Shown: positions 42,704 to 55,241, numbered from the stretch's first letter. The stretch is DNA of 64,000 nucleotides from Balanoglossus misakiensis (GCA_040954595.2 CM082582.2:10655483-10719482), one strand, 5' to 3'. Notes: generated by a model not told the origin, from the sequence alone. A program made the numbers and translations.

Positions 42704-45010
42704 ATGACAGATTTACGCGAAAGGAACGCAGACATGCCCGATATTGCCAATTCCAACAATGATATTCTTCCACCAAAAGAACCAGACAGAGAGTCCGTCA
42801 ATCTGAAACGACAGGTGGGTCTCGTCAGCGGCATCTCTTTCATCGTCGGGACCATGATCGGGTCGGGAATTTTCGTCTCCCCGAAGGGCGTACTGCGACA
42901 GACGGAGAGTGTCGGAATGAGTCTGATCATTTGGTTAGCGTGCGGAGTCCTGGCCATGTTGGGTAAGAAATCCGAAAACAGTCTCTCTCTCTACCAATTA
43001 CATGTGTACAATTACTTGCGCGAGTCAAAATTTTGCAAACTCAATTATTTTCTCTTCTGATAGCATGGCTTTAAATGACGTCAACTTCGCAATCTCGAGA
43101 GTTTGGTCAACTAAAACGTAAGCTGTGTGATACAGGCGATGTGAATAAAAAGATATGATGACCCCAAAACACAACTGTGATGAAAATTTGAATGCTTGCA
43201 TAATTCTGCCCACAGGTGCTCTTTGCTACGCCGAGCTTGGAACTCTCATTCCCAAATCCGGGGCCGAGTATTCGTATCTCTTTGAAGGATTTGGATCGTG
43301 GGCGGCTTTCCTGTATGCCTGGATATCTGTCGTGCTCCTGAAACCGGCCACTGTCGCCGCCATCTCTCTTGCCTTCGGTTCGTACGCCGCACAGCCCTTC
43401 TACGAAGGGTGCCCGCCCCCGGACAGCGTTGTCAAGCTACTGGCAGCGTGCAGTATTTGTAAGTACATTTGGGCTACGTTGATAACCAGTCTGTACCGTA
43501 CACACAGATAATAGACCATTTTCCGAACACCACGAGAGCCTGCGAGATCTCGCGTGGCTAGGATGTTGATATATGGGAGGACATTCTCACGTGACACAGA
43601 ACAAGCAACAAATGGTCCATCGTTTTTTTTTCACACCTATTCTAGTTTCATCCAAAGTTTGGCTTAGCATTACATGTCTAGCAACGGGAAGAGAGAGTAT
43701 GTCTGAGAAACATGTATTTTTAATTATTTGTTTGCAGTGTTTGTAACATGGGTGAATTGTTATAGCGTTAAATGGGCCACTGGTGTGCAGAAATTCTTCA
43801 CAGCAGCTAAACTTACAGCCTTGTTTATCATTATAATGGTGGGATTTGTCAGATTAGGACAAGGTAAGGTACCCCTGTCAATGGTACATAACGCCGTGGA
43901 GCACCGAGATGGTTGGGAGGGGTGGGTAGGCCTACGGGAGGGCCGCTGGACTTAAGTCTTTCGTTTTCTTGTTGACTGGCTCCAAATATTAAAACTGAAC
44001 AACACAGAGTGATTTTGTTTTGCAGGCCACACACAACACCTAACCCGGAGTTTTGAAGGTTCAACACCAAATGGCTTTGCTTACGCAGTAGCGTTTTATC
44101 AGGGACTTTGGGCCTATGACGGATGGTAAGCTGTTTTGCGGTATAATCCAATATGGCCGCTGGGAGCTATTGGTGGTCATGTTGCCTTTTTATGCAAAGT
44201 CAGACGTGGCAAAGATTCAGTAGCCCATGCAAATTAATGAATGTATTTTCTTCTCCTCAGGAATAACCTTAATTATGCCACAGAGGAGCTTGTAAATCCA
44301 TCCAGGTATGCAATTAGTGTTTTAACAAACACTTCCGATCATATCGCACTATTTTTTGCTTTTAAGCTGACACTGACAAGTCCATAACATTATTATGAGG
44401 TCAAATGCAAAAAAAAAAACACTACAATCCAAGAACTATTTGTCGTTTCCCTAGGAATTTGCCATTGGCCATTGCTATCGGTATACCAATGACGACAACG
44501 ATTTATCTGCTTGCCAACATTGCGTATCTCACCGTCATGTCGCCGAGTGAGCTGCTGGCTTCAAACGCAGTTGCTGTTGTAAGTAAAAATGGGTTATCAT
44601 TACCCCGGTACATGCTCCCTGTGCCGAAGGTAAAGCAGAATTAATAACAGCAGAAATAGCCTAATTACTGGATGGGGTTCTCTGTATTCATCAACCTTAA
44701 CGAGTGTAGCGGGTGCCCGATTCAATTCAACGTGTTAATTTTAACCTGGATCATGAATATTTTCTCGAGTATCTATGCCCGTTACTTTCTATCCTGTTTT
44801 CAATTTGTTTTTGTAAATTGCTGAATGGAGTCGCGTCATGACATGTTCCTGCCTGTCTGCATTTATTGAATTTTGAAGATTGAAATGTGCGTGTGGGGAC
44901 AGTAAATAGAAAGCGACGAACAGACAACGAACGCTGCATATTTACCTTTCGATAAAGAAACAACAAAGAGACCATATTTGACAGTTTTCTGTTTTCAGAA
45001 ACTACAGACA

Positions 45011-45047
<37 letters not shown>

Positions 45048-46437
45048 ACGCTCTGTCCATTTTTCCTTTACCACAGACCTTAGCTGACCGTACTCTAGGA
45101 GTAATGGCTTGGATAATACCTCTAGCTGTTGCTATGTCAACGTTTGGTGCGATAAATGGGGTTTTATTTGGTTCGGGAAGGTAGGATAAAAACACCTAGT
45201 AAACTGTGTATTAAAAGATGTTGACGTAATCTCGATTCGTTTTTACTGTTGAAATAATCTCATTACGAAAGCGGCCACTTTCTGTAGACGTGTCTTGTTT
45301 CCATACCAACAGACTGGCGTTCGTAGCAGCCCGCGAGGGTCACATGGTTGAGGTGTTGTCCATGATTCATGTCAAAAGATTTACCCCATTACCCGCAGTT
45401 GCCTTCACGGTGAGTGTCACTGTTTTTTACTCCATGCTAGGGGGTCAAATCACATTACAATAGTTGCATTGTGGGTAAATAGGTCGACAATGGTACCTGT
45501 ATTTCATAACTTCTGTCTAAATGTTCCGTCTTTATAGTTAGCATGTATAACTTGTTCAACTTTTTAAAAATACATGTTTTTTGTTTTATATCCTTCATTT
45601 CTCAGGCAGCGCTGTCTCTTCTCATGATCATCCCGAGTGATTTTGATACGTTGATCAACTATTTCAGTTTCACCGCCTGGCTCTTCTACGGAGCAGTCAT
45701 GATTGCGTTGATCGTCCTACGGTTCACCAAAAAGGACGCAAACAGGCCTGTCAAGGTGAGATTTTCATGGAATCGCACAGATCTGGTCCGGTCCTCACTG
45801 TAAATCCTTCCGAGTGTCCTACTTTTACATACACACGCGTACGCCCGTCGACCATATATAGGCATACGTATTTAAATAATTAGAAAGCCTTGCAGATGTC
45901 TTTGTCGCCTACTTAATTATCCGCTTCACACTTTCCAACAAGGTTCCTATCATTATCCCCATTATTGTACTCCTGGTGTCCATCTACTTGGTGGTTGCAC
46001 CGATCATCAACGACCCGGCTCTTGAGTATCTCTACGCTGCACTCTTCATAATCGCTGGTTTCATCTTCTATGTTCCGTTTGTCCATTACAAGTACTCCTT
46101 ACCATTTATGAGTAAGTATTTCATCCTTTGATTCATTTATTCGTTCGTTGGTTGGTTCATTCGTGTTAAATTCGTAGTCGAAGTTGGCAGTTCCATTGGT
46201 CAATTCGTTTACTACCCCGGTAGTACATGGTACATTTTGTATTGGCGAACAAACTTACACCCTTTTCATGAAGCTTGTGAACTCTGCCAATAATGAATAT
46301 TCCCGATGCGCCCGATACTGATTTGATCAACCCGGTTTCTTATAAACTTGTAAACTGTATTTCTTGCAGAGAAATTCACAATCTTCTGGCAGCTGATATG
46401 TCAATGCGTTCCTACTGAACACATCTCGCTCAGTTGA
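42704..46437 (+). CDS. SLC7A9: b(0,+)-type amino acid transporter light chain, SLC7A9-like copy 2 (tandem duplicate)
   Basis: Same exon organisation as copy 1; [40 protein letters not shown], single TM8 exon [15 protein letters not shown]; stop TGA at 46435-46437. Confidence 0.9.
45014..45044. repeat. (TC)n microsatellite just upstream of the TM8 exon of copy 2
   Basis: About 15 TC units. Confidence 0.9.
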
Positions 46438-47372
46438 AGAAGAGAAAGGAGTTTTTCCCCTTTGACCTTTAACCTTTGACTCTATGGTCATTCTCAAGAG
46501 GACTTGGATACGCGTATTTAATTCGATGTATATATTGTGGTGTGGTTTGGATTTACTAATAAGTTTCGGGTTTGGAGAAATTATTATATTTGTATATCGG
46601 AGATTCTGTGCATCAATTCTTTGATATTTATTGAAATAATTTAAATTATTTCAAGGCAACGTGTTATGCTTTGCTCATTTATGTATCACAATACTGTAAA
46701 TATAGAGTTTTACTGCATGGTCTGAAACTTACGACGATAAGTTCAAATGTAGTCTGAATTAAGTTTTCAAGTTATTTTATCGTATCATGTAAAACCACCT
46801 GCTCACTATGTTAAAACCGTCGTGACGTAGATATACCGAAATTCTCTTACTCGGTTTTGATGTCCATAACATTTTTAGTTACTTTTTGGTTTACAGTGAT
46901 TATACCACATGCACATTTGGAAAAAAAAACAGTCTCTAAGTAACACACATAGCGACATCTAAAACCTGTACAAAGGAAAGGAAAGAGGTGAATAAATAAA
47001 AAAAAGTGCACACCCCGACTAAAAGTAAGACCGGAAGGATTTATACCACATGGAGGAAGAATGGGGTCCCGTTTCTCTGGAAGAACACAATATGGAACAA
47101 ATGATTCCCTAAAAGGATTAGGCTAAGATGACTTTCGCGAGGACTTTCAGTGATATGTCACTTTTTTGTCTCCTGGCCGAGGGCCTGTACGTTTATCGTT
47201 GATTATAGCGCCCTCGTGAGGCTATTTGCATTGGTTCTGTTTTCTGACCAAACCACTTTGCACCACCAGCGATTTTTTATGACACTTTATGATTGGATTG
47301 TTGTTATTAATCTGCAAAACAGCGCTAATCTGTGTGGCTTGAATCTTCATTTTTCTCCTTCGGTTTATACTT

Positions 47373-47525
47373 TCAAACCGTCGAGACCTTCTCTTCAACC
47401 ATTTCCACCTGCTTGCTCGCCAACATACAGTGGCTGATGGTGTCCCTTGTGGTCTTGGCGGCAAACAGGTACTCATAGACCACACCCGCCGTGATACCTC
47501 CTAGAATGGGGCCTGCCCAGTAGAT
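47373..47525 (-). CDS. Aquaporin (AQP4-like) last coding exon
   Basis: TAG|IYWAGPILGGITAGVVYEYLFAAK...EEKVSTV*: TM6 signature YWxGP..G and a C-terminal STV. Confidence 0.9.
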   Translation of the reverse strand: MYWAGPILGGITAGVVYEYLFAAKTTRDTISHCMLASKQVEMVEEKVSTV

Positions 47526-47665
47526 CTATGAAAAAACACGAAAATGGCCAAGTTATTCAAAGGATGGGTAAAGTTATGTTGACGTAATCAAATTGATACT
47601 GCTCTACATGCCGATTCATATAATATATTCATACAAATGATTGTACCATTATGTAACAAACCTAC

Positions 47666-47746
47666 CCAATGGTCGTCCCATGAATTCATAATGACTGCAG
47701 GCCCAAACGAACGCGCCGAGTTCATGCTTGACCCGGTGAACTGAAT
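47666..47746 (-). CDS. Aquaporin (AQP4-like) 81-bp loop-E exon
   Basis: CAG|IQFTGSSMNSARSFGPAVIMNSWDDHW|GTAGG; phase 0/0, same size as the loop-E exon of classical aquaporins; second NPA motif reads NSA. Confidence 0.9.
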
Positions 47747-48016
47747 CTGAAAAACGATTAAAGAAAAGTTTGAGGACTTTTCACTTGGTTCCTATTGGAT
47801 GGCTGCAAGACCTCCAGGTTTGAGTGAGACTTGGATGAGTTTTAGCGCGGTCCCTCTGATATAAGGGCGTTGGCTTGGATGAGAATATTGGCAATGGTCG
47901 ATGGCTACTCCGAATTACAGCACGTGGATAATTCTAACCCAGCTAGGGGGGTCTAACCGGTAGCCATGTGGCCAGTCCCCCTAGCCTAGGTTAGCTACAA
48001 TCTCTGTACGGAGAAC

Positions 48017-48444
48017 TAGTCTCGGTTACCCAGAGCCCTCTGCTTCTTCCGTTAGGCACTCCAGAAAGAGGGTCTGGGGAAACCCGGTAGACAAACCGTC
48101 AGGCGGAATCGGGACAGCTGCGATGCATGACGGGAGATTAATATTCCAAAATGGCGACGTCCTGCGCGCGAACCCACGGCCGACATGTATGACATACGAT
48201 AAAGAAAACATGCTGAGAAGTGCTAGACCTGCTAAAACTGTATACAAATTGAAAAGAGAGAGAGAGAAGTTCGGTAAATAGTTTTCTAATATCGACATAT
48301 CATAATATCGTATCGAATATTAATCTCCCGTCATGCATCGCAGCTGTCCCGATTCCGCCTGACGGTTTGTCTACCAGGTTTCCCCAGACCCTCTTTCTGG
48401 AGTGCCTAACGGAAGAAGCAGAGGGCTCTGGGTAACCGAGACTA
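48017..48444. mobile_element. 428-bp non-autonomous DNA transposon (MITE) with 130-bp TIRs and 10-bp TSD
   Basis: TIRs 48017-48146 and 48315-48444 with one mismatch seen; termini TAGTCTCGG...CCGAGACTA; direct repeat TACGGAGAAC at 48007-48016 and 48445-48454. Confidence 0.92.
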
Positions 48445-50293
48445 TACGGAGAACGAGTCCCAGACATAAACAGACTTCCTCTAAGCGGAGAAGAAACCTT
48501 CTTAGATGATTGAACACAACATACAGACACATTCTGAGACGTGATATGCTGTAGTGATATTATTCCAACATACCGACAGCTGGAGATACGAATCGGCACA
48601 CCCTAAACAATGGGGGCGCTCTGACTATGGTTGCACTAGCGCCTCCAGTGTTAGGAGCGCACCGACTCCAGATTTTTACCCACACTGCACCGCACGCTCG
48701 TGTTTGGACTTGTCAGCTTTCTCACCGCATTATCTCTTTTTTCTGTGACCGACACAATAACAGCAAATTTCATAAAAAGTATCACTGCCATGCTAGTTTA
48801 GACGTGTTTTTTACTCGAGAGTACAAGCCTAAATTGAACAATGTTCAAGAGCACAGTGGTGACAAAATGAGGAGAAATGTAGCTATATTACTACTAATAT
48901 AAAAGAAATAAATATTTTCTAAATATGAAAACAATCCTGTCAATAATTCACAGAAACTAGTAACGTTATTTCATATGAAAACCTACATGTAGGAAATAAA
49001 TATGCATAAGGTCATGCAAAAGGTCATCCCTGCCAAGTGTCAAAGATCATCAAGTTGGCTGCATTGACATGTCTTTGTATTACTGGTAACCTCTATGTGT
49101 TAACCCTGGAGTGTTTGTCACTGGATGACAACACCTGTTGATAACATCAGAATTACTGATATTAAGGAAGGTCATGATGTCACGATAACGGATCTCGTAT
49201 GTCAAACATCTATAGAGGCCCTTGTCAAGCTGGAAACTTGAAAAATCACGAACGCGAAATATCAACACATATTCCTATTAATCTTTTAAAAGTGTATGGT
49301 CACCTATGCAAATTTAACCTCTGTTACCATGGAGAATTGAAATGTAGCCAATCACAGATTTTCAGTGGGTGGCAACAAATGGTCATTCAGACACAGCATT
49401 TTGACCATATATAGACACATTAGAGGTGACCATATACCTTTAATCTGTATGTTTGTCTTGTATCGCTACGGTACTTTACTTCGGCACCCTGTGTCCACAG
49501 AATACTAATGTATGTTTCACTTTACACACAGTTTAACTCTGATTCACAGCTTAAGTCTGGTTGACTGAAACAGCCACAGTATTTCTGTCAGACAGGCGCA
49601 TTGTGCGTTATTTGTGTTCAATGAGCTGAGCTCGGATAGCAAACGCAAAAGACACACTGTACGTCACCCTCAACTATTATTTACGACCGAACTCTCTGTG
49701 ACCCTGTAAAGCTTGGGTGTTCAGAACAAACACAGAGATTTTGTGTACATCCGGACGGCCGGTGAATGCTGATTACCTACCGGGAACGAACAGTGAAAAA
49801 CAGCAAACTTTTACCGTACTGTGTTGTTGTCCACAATCAACGGGTTGTAAAACTTGTGCACGCCTCAGAGATTTCACCTCGGCAGCGTAACTGTACTGAG
49901 GGACTTGTGAAATTTGGGCAAGACACGCCCTCCTTGTCAAACATTGAAGGGAGATTTACGGTACATTGTGACAACAACCTGCCATATATAAATCCATTTT
50001 AAACCCCCCTAAATAACTTTGAGCCCACCCTTTAAATTTTGGAAGAGGGTCACGACCCCATACTGAGGCATCCTGGATGAAACACTGCCTGGGTTATCTT
50101 TGTGATTACACATTTGTCATGTGTTGTATTGCCACCACACCTGCTATTTTTTTGTTTAAATCAAAGAGTTTGCTGTCTTTTAGGTGAATTTAATGCCACT
50201 GTCACATATGTACTTCATAAAATATCACACACGAAAATGGCAGTCTCTTGGTGTTACTTGAGTCCACAGATCACTGCAGAAGCTAGCGGGCAT

Positions 50294-52249
50294 TTAGATT
50301 TCAGTTTCATTCGACTGATATTTCAGCATTGTTTGACGTTTCAGTGCTTGTTTCGATTCATACTCTTCCCTGTGCAGTTCCTCGGTCATCCAGCGGGGCA
50401 AGTCTGGAATCATGAATGCCATCAGCATCTTCAGCCCAACGATCAGATGCTCCGTGCCGACGAACGCAAGGACCAGCCAAACGTCGGTGGTGTCAGGGAA
50501 TATGCGGCGCGCTTCTGGCGACATGGCAATCAGCGCGACGTTCGTGATGACGCCGAGCACGCTCATGATTTCGAACGTGATCTGCCAGGTTCCGATGCCG
50601 GCGCTGGTGCGGGCAAACGGACGTTGGACGACGCAGCACAGCTTGAACGCATCGGTGCGAAGTTCGATGATGTTATTGAGCAAAGCCCAGAACGCCGCCA
50701 GGGGGTACACAGCCGAGAACAGAAACACGTATCCGAACTGAAGAAACAGTTCCAAGTAATCATCAAAAGTGCCCTCATAGACAGACTGACTGCCTTGGTT
50801 TATGTCCGCGTGATCAAGACTCTTATTCTTTCGCAGATCGGAGATGATTTTCCCTTTCCTCAGCATGATGTACGGTAGGACCGTCTCCAAAATCTGACCG
50901 ATGATCTGCTGGGTGACAAGCAGCGCCACTAAGTGGTCGCGAAGACGCCTCATGTCCTGCAAGACAAAGGCGATGTAGAACAGCGAGAGGAAACAGTTGA
51001 CAAAGTCAAAGACGACCAGCTTCAATATCAGGTTGTTCTCGTGTGACGACTGCAACCTGTGGTTCTCCCAATCATTCAGCTTTGTGGCCACTTGTCTGTA
51101 CATCGCGTTGAGAATGACAATGACTACGGCGTAGAGGGATGACGGTAGATACAGCAGTAACTTGCCAACGGCGGATGATGAGGCAAGGCGACTGTGCAAC
51201 CAGTTTTCAAACCAGAAGAAACTGAGCATAGCTGCGATGGCGATCAATAAGAAAATCACAATCACAGGCAGGGAAATGCAGTATTTCTTGAGTGATCGTT
51301 TCCACTTCGGATACACCAGCTCAACCCGTTTGGTGACAGGATTGATTCCGACTGTCCCGTAATAGTGGGGTCTTGGTTCTTCAAACTTCACCATTCCGTA
51401 GGTGCCCCAGTTGTACGTGATTACAGCACATTTTCTCTTCCACGCCTCCAGCAGCAAGGTCGACCAGATCACATTGAAGATGGCGAAACTCAAGTAGCTT
51501 CTGTCGACTTTGTCGTTCACTTGCGACCAGACGAACGAAAAGAGACCAAAAAGCGCCGGCACTACGAGGGCCTTCGTGTAAAACCCGAGGAACGCGAAAT
51601 ACAGAGCCACGGTGTCCCCGAAGTAATGGCGAATTTTCTCCACTGGGGGCGTGGTCAGCGACTTCAGCGAGACCGAATTATGCCATTCCTTGGTCAAGAT
51701 TCTCAGTTCTTCGTAATCATGCAAGGGGTAAACTTTTGATACCACGCCACTAGCTACACATCGCGGTATGATAGCTTCGCCTTTACATATAGTCACTTTG
51801 GGTACACCGGGTAATGCAAGAGTCTCAGGCGAATGTAATCTCTCCAGTCCTGCTCTTACTATCATCTGCACTTCGGCGCACGTCAAGAAATCGCCGTCTA
51901 TGTCAACAAACTGGTCTTTATTTTGAATGGAGAATTCTCTGATAACCCCATCGCGGCATGGTTTCTTCAATCCCATGTACTCCGCCCCTTCCAGCAGTCT
52001 CCTCCTGGAAGCCCCGACGTGTATAATCGTCTCATTTCCGGATTTATCGAGCACGGTTGTAGCGTTTAGCTGGGCGCCGCCCCTTATTCTGGCAGACTGT
52101 ATTCTGGACAGCAACCATTCTCTCGTCGCTGCCGGCGTCTTCGCCGCAAATTCCAACACACACACTGCTTCAAGTTCGCTCCGTCTCACCTTAGTCTTGG
52201 TGGCACTGGCGTCTTCTGAGTTGCCATTGGAGACAGTTGCCCTCTTCAT
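50294..52249 (-). CDS. ANO10: Anoctamin-10 / TMEM16K-like scramblase-channel, intronless, 651 aa
   Basis: Single ORF with IRHYFGDTVALYFAFLGFYT, LEAWKRKCA, FEEPRP, WENHRLQSSHENNLILK, YEGTFDDYLELFLQFGYVFLFS.VYPLAA, NNIIELRTDAFKLC, IGTWQ, IPDLP. Confidence 0.95.
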   Translation of the reverse strand: MKRATVSNGNSEDASATKTKVRRSELEAVCVLEFAAKTPAATREWLLSRIQSARIRGGAQLNATTVLDKSGNETIIHVGASRRRLLEGAEYMGLKKPCRDGVIREFSIQNKDQFVDIDGDFLTCAEVQMIVRAGLERLHSPETLALPGVPKVTICKGEAIIPRCVASGVVSKVYPLHDYEELRILTKEWHNSVSLKSLTTPPVEKIRHYFGDTVALYFAFLGFYTKALVVPALFGLFSFVWSQVNDKVDRSYLSFAIFNVIWSTLLLEAWKRKCAVITYNWGTYGMVKFEEPRPHYYGTVGINPVTKRVELVYPKWKRSLKKYCISLPVIVIFLLIAIAAMLSFFWFENWLHSRLASSSAVGKLLLYLPSSLYAVVIVILNAMYRQVATKLNDWENHRLQSSHENNLILKLVVFDFVNCFLSLFYIAFVLQDMRRLRDHLVALLVTQQIIGQILETVLPYIMLRKGKIISDLRKNKSLDHADINQGSQSVYEGTFDDYLELFLQFGYVFLFSAVYPLAAFWALLNNIIELRTDAFKLCCVVQRPFARTSAGIGTWQITFEIMSVLGVITNVALIAMSPEARRIFPDTTDVWLVLAFVGTEHLIVGLKMLMAFMIPDLPRWMTEELHREEYESKQALKRQTMLKYQSNETEI

Positions 52250-52342
52250 TTTCCACCGTTTATATCTAAAGACGATACAGCCCGACTTTCTGACATAAAA
52301 TCACTGCAATTCCTTGCATTCCGACCTGAATATTTATATCCA

Positions 52343-52356
52343 CGTCTCGCGAGACG
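52343..52356. promoter_or_regulatory. TCTCGCGAGA palindrome (CGCG/BANP element) upstream of ANO10
   Basis: Perfect 14-bp palindrome CGTCTCGCGAGACG about 95 bp upstream of the ANO10 ATG. Confidence 0.65.
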
Positions 52357-54701
52357 CGAACGTTGAAAGTGGGCCCCTTAACTTAGCGTTTAGTGATTAA
52401 GAACTTATGCGCAAACTTGGACACGCGAAGAAGCTCGCGCAGTATCAGTGTATGTGTCTCTATCTATGGACAGTAAGACGGTATAGGTCTATGGTCTATT
52501 TGGGGATGCGACAGAGTTATTTTCACAGAGTTGTCGTCGCGTACAAGCTGTTTATATTTTAAGACGGCTTAGGGAACATCAATCGATTTCTCTTGTTCAC
52601 AATCACGGTTTCTCTATCACTAAAGCTAAGATCGAAGATGATCATTTTTCTATTAAAAATATAAATAATGCCCATGATACTCATCCAACATAAATGTATG
52701 TCCGAGTAGGCTAATATGTCACTGATTTTCAGCTTTGTTACCTATTTTGCAGGCTTTTCATTCAAGGGGAAAATTATACGATTAAAATAACCGGAAAACA
52801 CACAGACCCCCAAGCAAATTTAGCAAAAGATTACTCGTCCGAGGCAAGGAATGTGCGATCGAGAAGATACAAAAATGAAGGTCAGATGTCCAGCTTCACA
52901 GGTGTAAATAATCCATAATGGCTTTGCCATTCACAATACTGTTGTAAATCATTACAGTCAACCTATACAAAGATTTATCTGCGCCGTTTCTTCTTGCCAG
53001 TTGAGTTATATGTCTTCACCTAAATTTATTTGGTTTTGTTTATCTTCGTTATCATTTCTGCCTGGTTTTACCGACATTTGTGGTGATAAAATCCCGCAGG
53101 GCATACTCTACCTGCTTCAAAGGACACAGATGAACAACGTACACAAATCATTCAAGTTTCATACCCATGAGAATTTTAAACCACAATCTGAAAGAGTGTT
53201 CGTATGTTGGCATGGCGCATTTGAATATTTGACAGAAGAGAGTTCAGCAAAAACCACGAACATAACTTTAGTTACAACTGCACAACAGCAAATATCTTCA
53301 AAACCTTCGTTACTTGGGAGGTTTTATAGACTGACTCGACTCGAAAAGTTAATAAGGTACCAATTAACCGCATGACGTCACTCGTCACGACTCGGGCGAC
53401 TTCTGAGCGAGAAATATCGCAGCAAACTGTGTCCCCTTTTTTGATACCGTTCCAACAAGCGTCAGTCTATGCTTGGGTTATCTCAGAAGGCTATCAGTGT
53501 ACACTCTCTCGCCCATCGTGACCGAAATTAATATCCAGACAATCAACACGACCTTTCCTCTCGCTGACAAATATGGGTTTTCTGGCCACATGCCATGAAA
53601 ACCAATCTAAAGAGAGTCATGTCATGCGCGTGGCACCCTCGCAGTGTCGATTTAAACGGGCCACACACAACAGGTCAGCACAAGATCACACGTCATTGCA
53701 AGAATCACAATTCCGCTAAGTCGTGTGTGCTCTCCTTCAACTGTGAACAACATACTATATCGTCATGGCTTCACTCATAGCCACTTCTTGTGAAACCATG
53801 CGCTTTTAATATCTCATGGAAGGTCACTTTCGGTTCACTGTAGACCATACCACTGTGCATGATATGGAGCTACTGCGTTACCATTTGTCAATGTTTGTAT
53901 ATTCTGTGTGATTGGTGATTTACTGGGAATTCCTGCACTGTCCGTCATGGCAATGTTCGCACAGGTGAACGTATATTAAACCTTTTAAGGAATACAAGTC
54001 ATGTGTGCACATATCTGAAACCATTCACGTGGTTACACAGTGCAGTAAAAGACTACAGGCCATACTATACATACACTTAAACGTATACAATCTGTTTGTG
54101 TTTTGCCATCAATTTCAGTCGATGAAAAGGCAATACGTAACTCAAGGTCGGTGCATTGAATAGCGGGTCGTGTGGTCAATGGTCGGTGACCAGGCAAATC
54201 CCACGGGAATTGGCCACTAAAGACCACATCCCTGGGTCCAGGGTTCGTGTAGAACGCTCATGTCTCGGTGTCTGACGAGAGGCTTTGCAGCCTATATAGG
54301 CACGTCAAACATTTTTGAGAAGTGGCTCGTCTTTACCAACTATTGGAAACCACCACAAACAATTATTGTAGACTGAAACTTGAGAAAGAGCCTAGGCAAA
54401 AACAGGATCCCCTGTCTCGAATATTTCTGTCAGCAGAAGCTAAAGGCCATAGCTCAGGTCAAAAGTTTCATGCACAGACCTAAGCACTTGTTGATTTGAG
54501 AATGCCTTGCTATTAAAGTTATAAGCACCGTTTGGTGAAAGATGCTTGCCAATTACCAATTGGTGGGCGTTCCTGTCGCAGTTAATATGTTAGCTGCAAT
54601 TTGGTAGTTTTTTCTTGGTGGCAATTAAAGTGCACAGGATTAACGTTTCTATCGATTGCGACTTCATTAGCGACTATCAAATTGATTGCCAGTGGACTTA
54701 C

Positions 54702-55241
54702 CGCAAATAAGTGGCCGATTGTGACAGCGATGCCAATCGCCAGCGAAGCTGATCCTTGGAGATCTTTCCTGTTGGCGTCTATGGTTGCAAATATCGTAAA
54801 GACCAATTCGAACGTGATCATGTACTCGATGGCGAATCCTTGTTCGACAGACACTCCATCGCCCAAGGACGTCACCCCGAGCCCGCCCCGAACACTTGAC
54901 GGAGTGACGGCGTAAATCAGTCCGGCCCCGACGATTGCTCCGACGCACTGGGCGACCATGTACATAATCGCTCTCACCGTGCTAATTTTTCGCGTCACCA
55001 AAAGGGCGCACGTTACCGCTGGGTTGATGTTGGCTCCGCTCACATGTCCGAAACACTGCACCATGGTGGCGATGGTCAGCCCGAAGCACAGGGCGATCTG
55101 CACCATGCTCGGCGTGTGCGGCGGGTTCCAGCCGATCGTCGAACCGATGCCGATCATGACGAACATCGCCATGGCCATCAGCTCGCCGACGACCGCCCGC
55201 CAGAACTTCGGGTCCCGCAGATCGTCCTTGCTGCTCGCCAT
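54702..55241 (-). CDS. Aquaporin (AQP4-like) proximal first exon 1B (TM1-TM5, 180 aa)
   Basis: MASSKDDLRDPKFWRAVVGEL...IALCFGLTIATMVQCFGHVSGANINPAVT...AIGIAVTIGHLFA|GTAAGT, phase 0, joins 47746 in frame. Confidence 0.92.

Noticed and set aside
47325-47375. AQP4-style stop-codon readthrough extension
   Set aside because: Context is UGA-AAG, not UGA-CUAG; the short open frame after the stop is expected by chance.
50102-52298. Long plus-strand ORFs overlapping ANO10 (likewise those opposite the aquaporin exons)
   Set aside because: Antisense shadows of GC-rich coding sequence with no recognisable homology.
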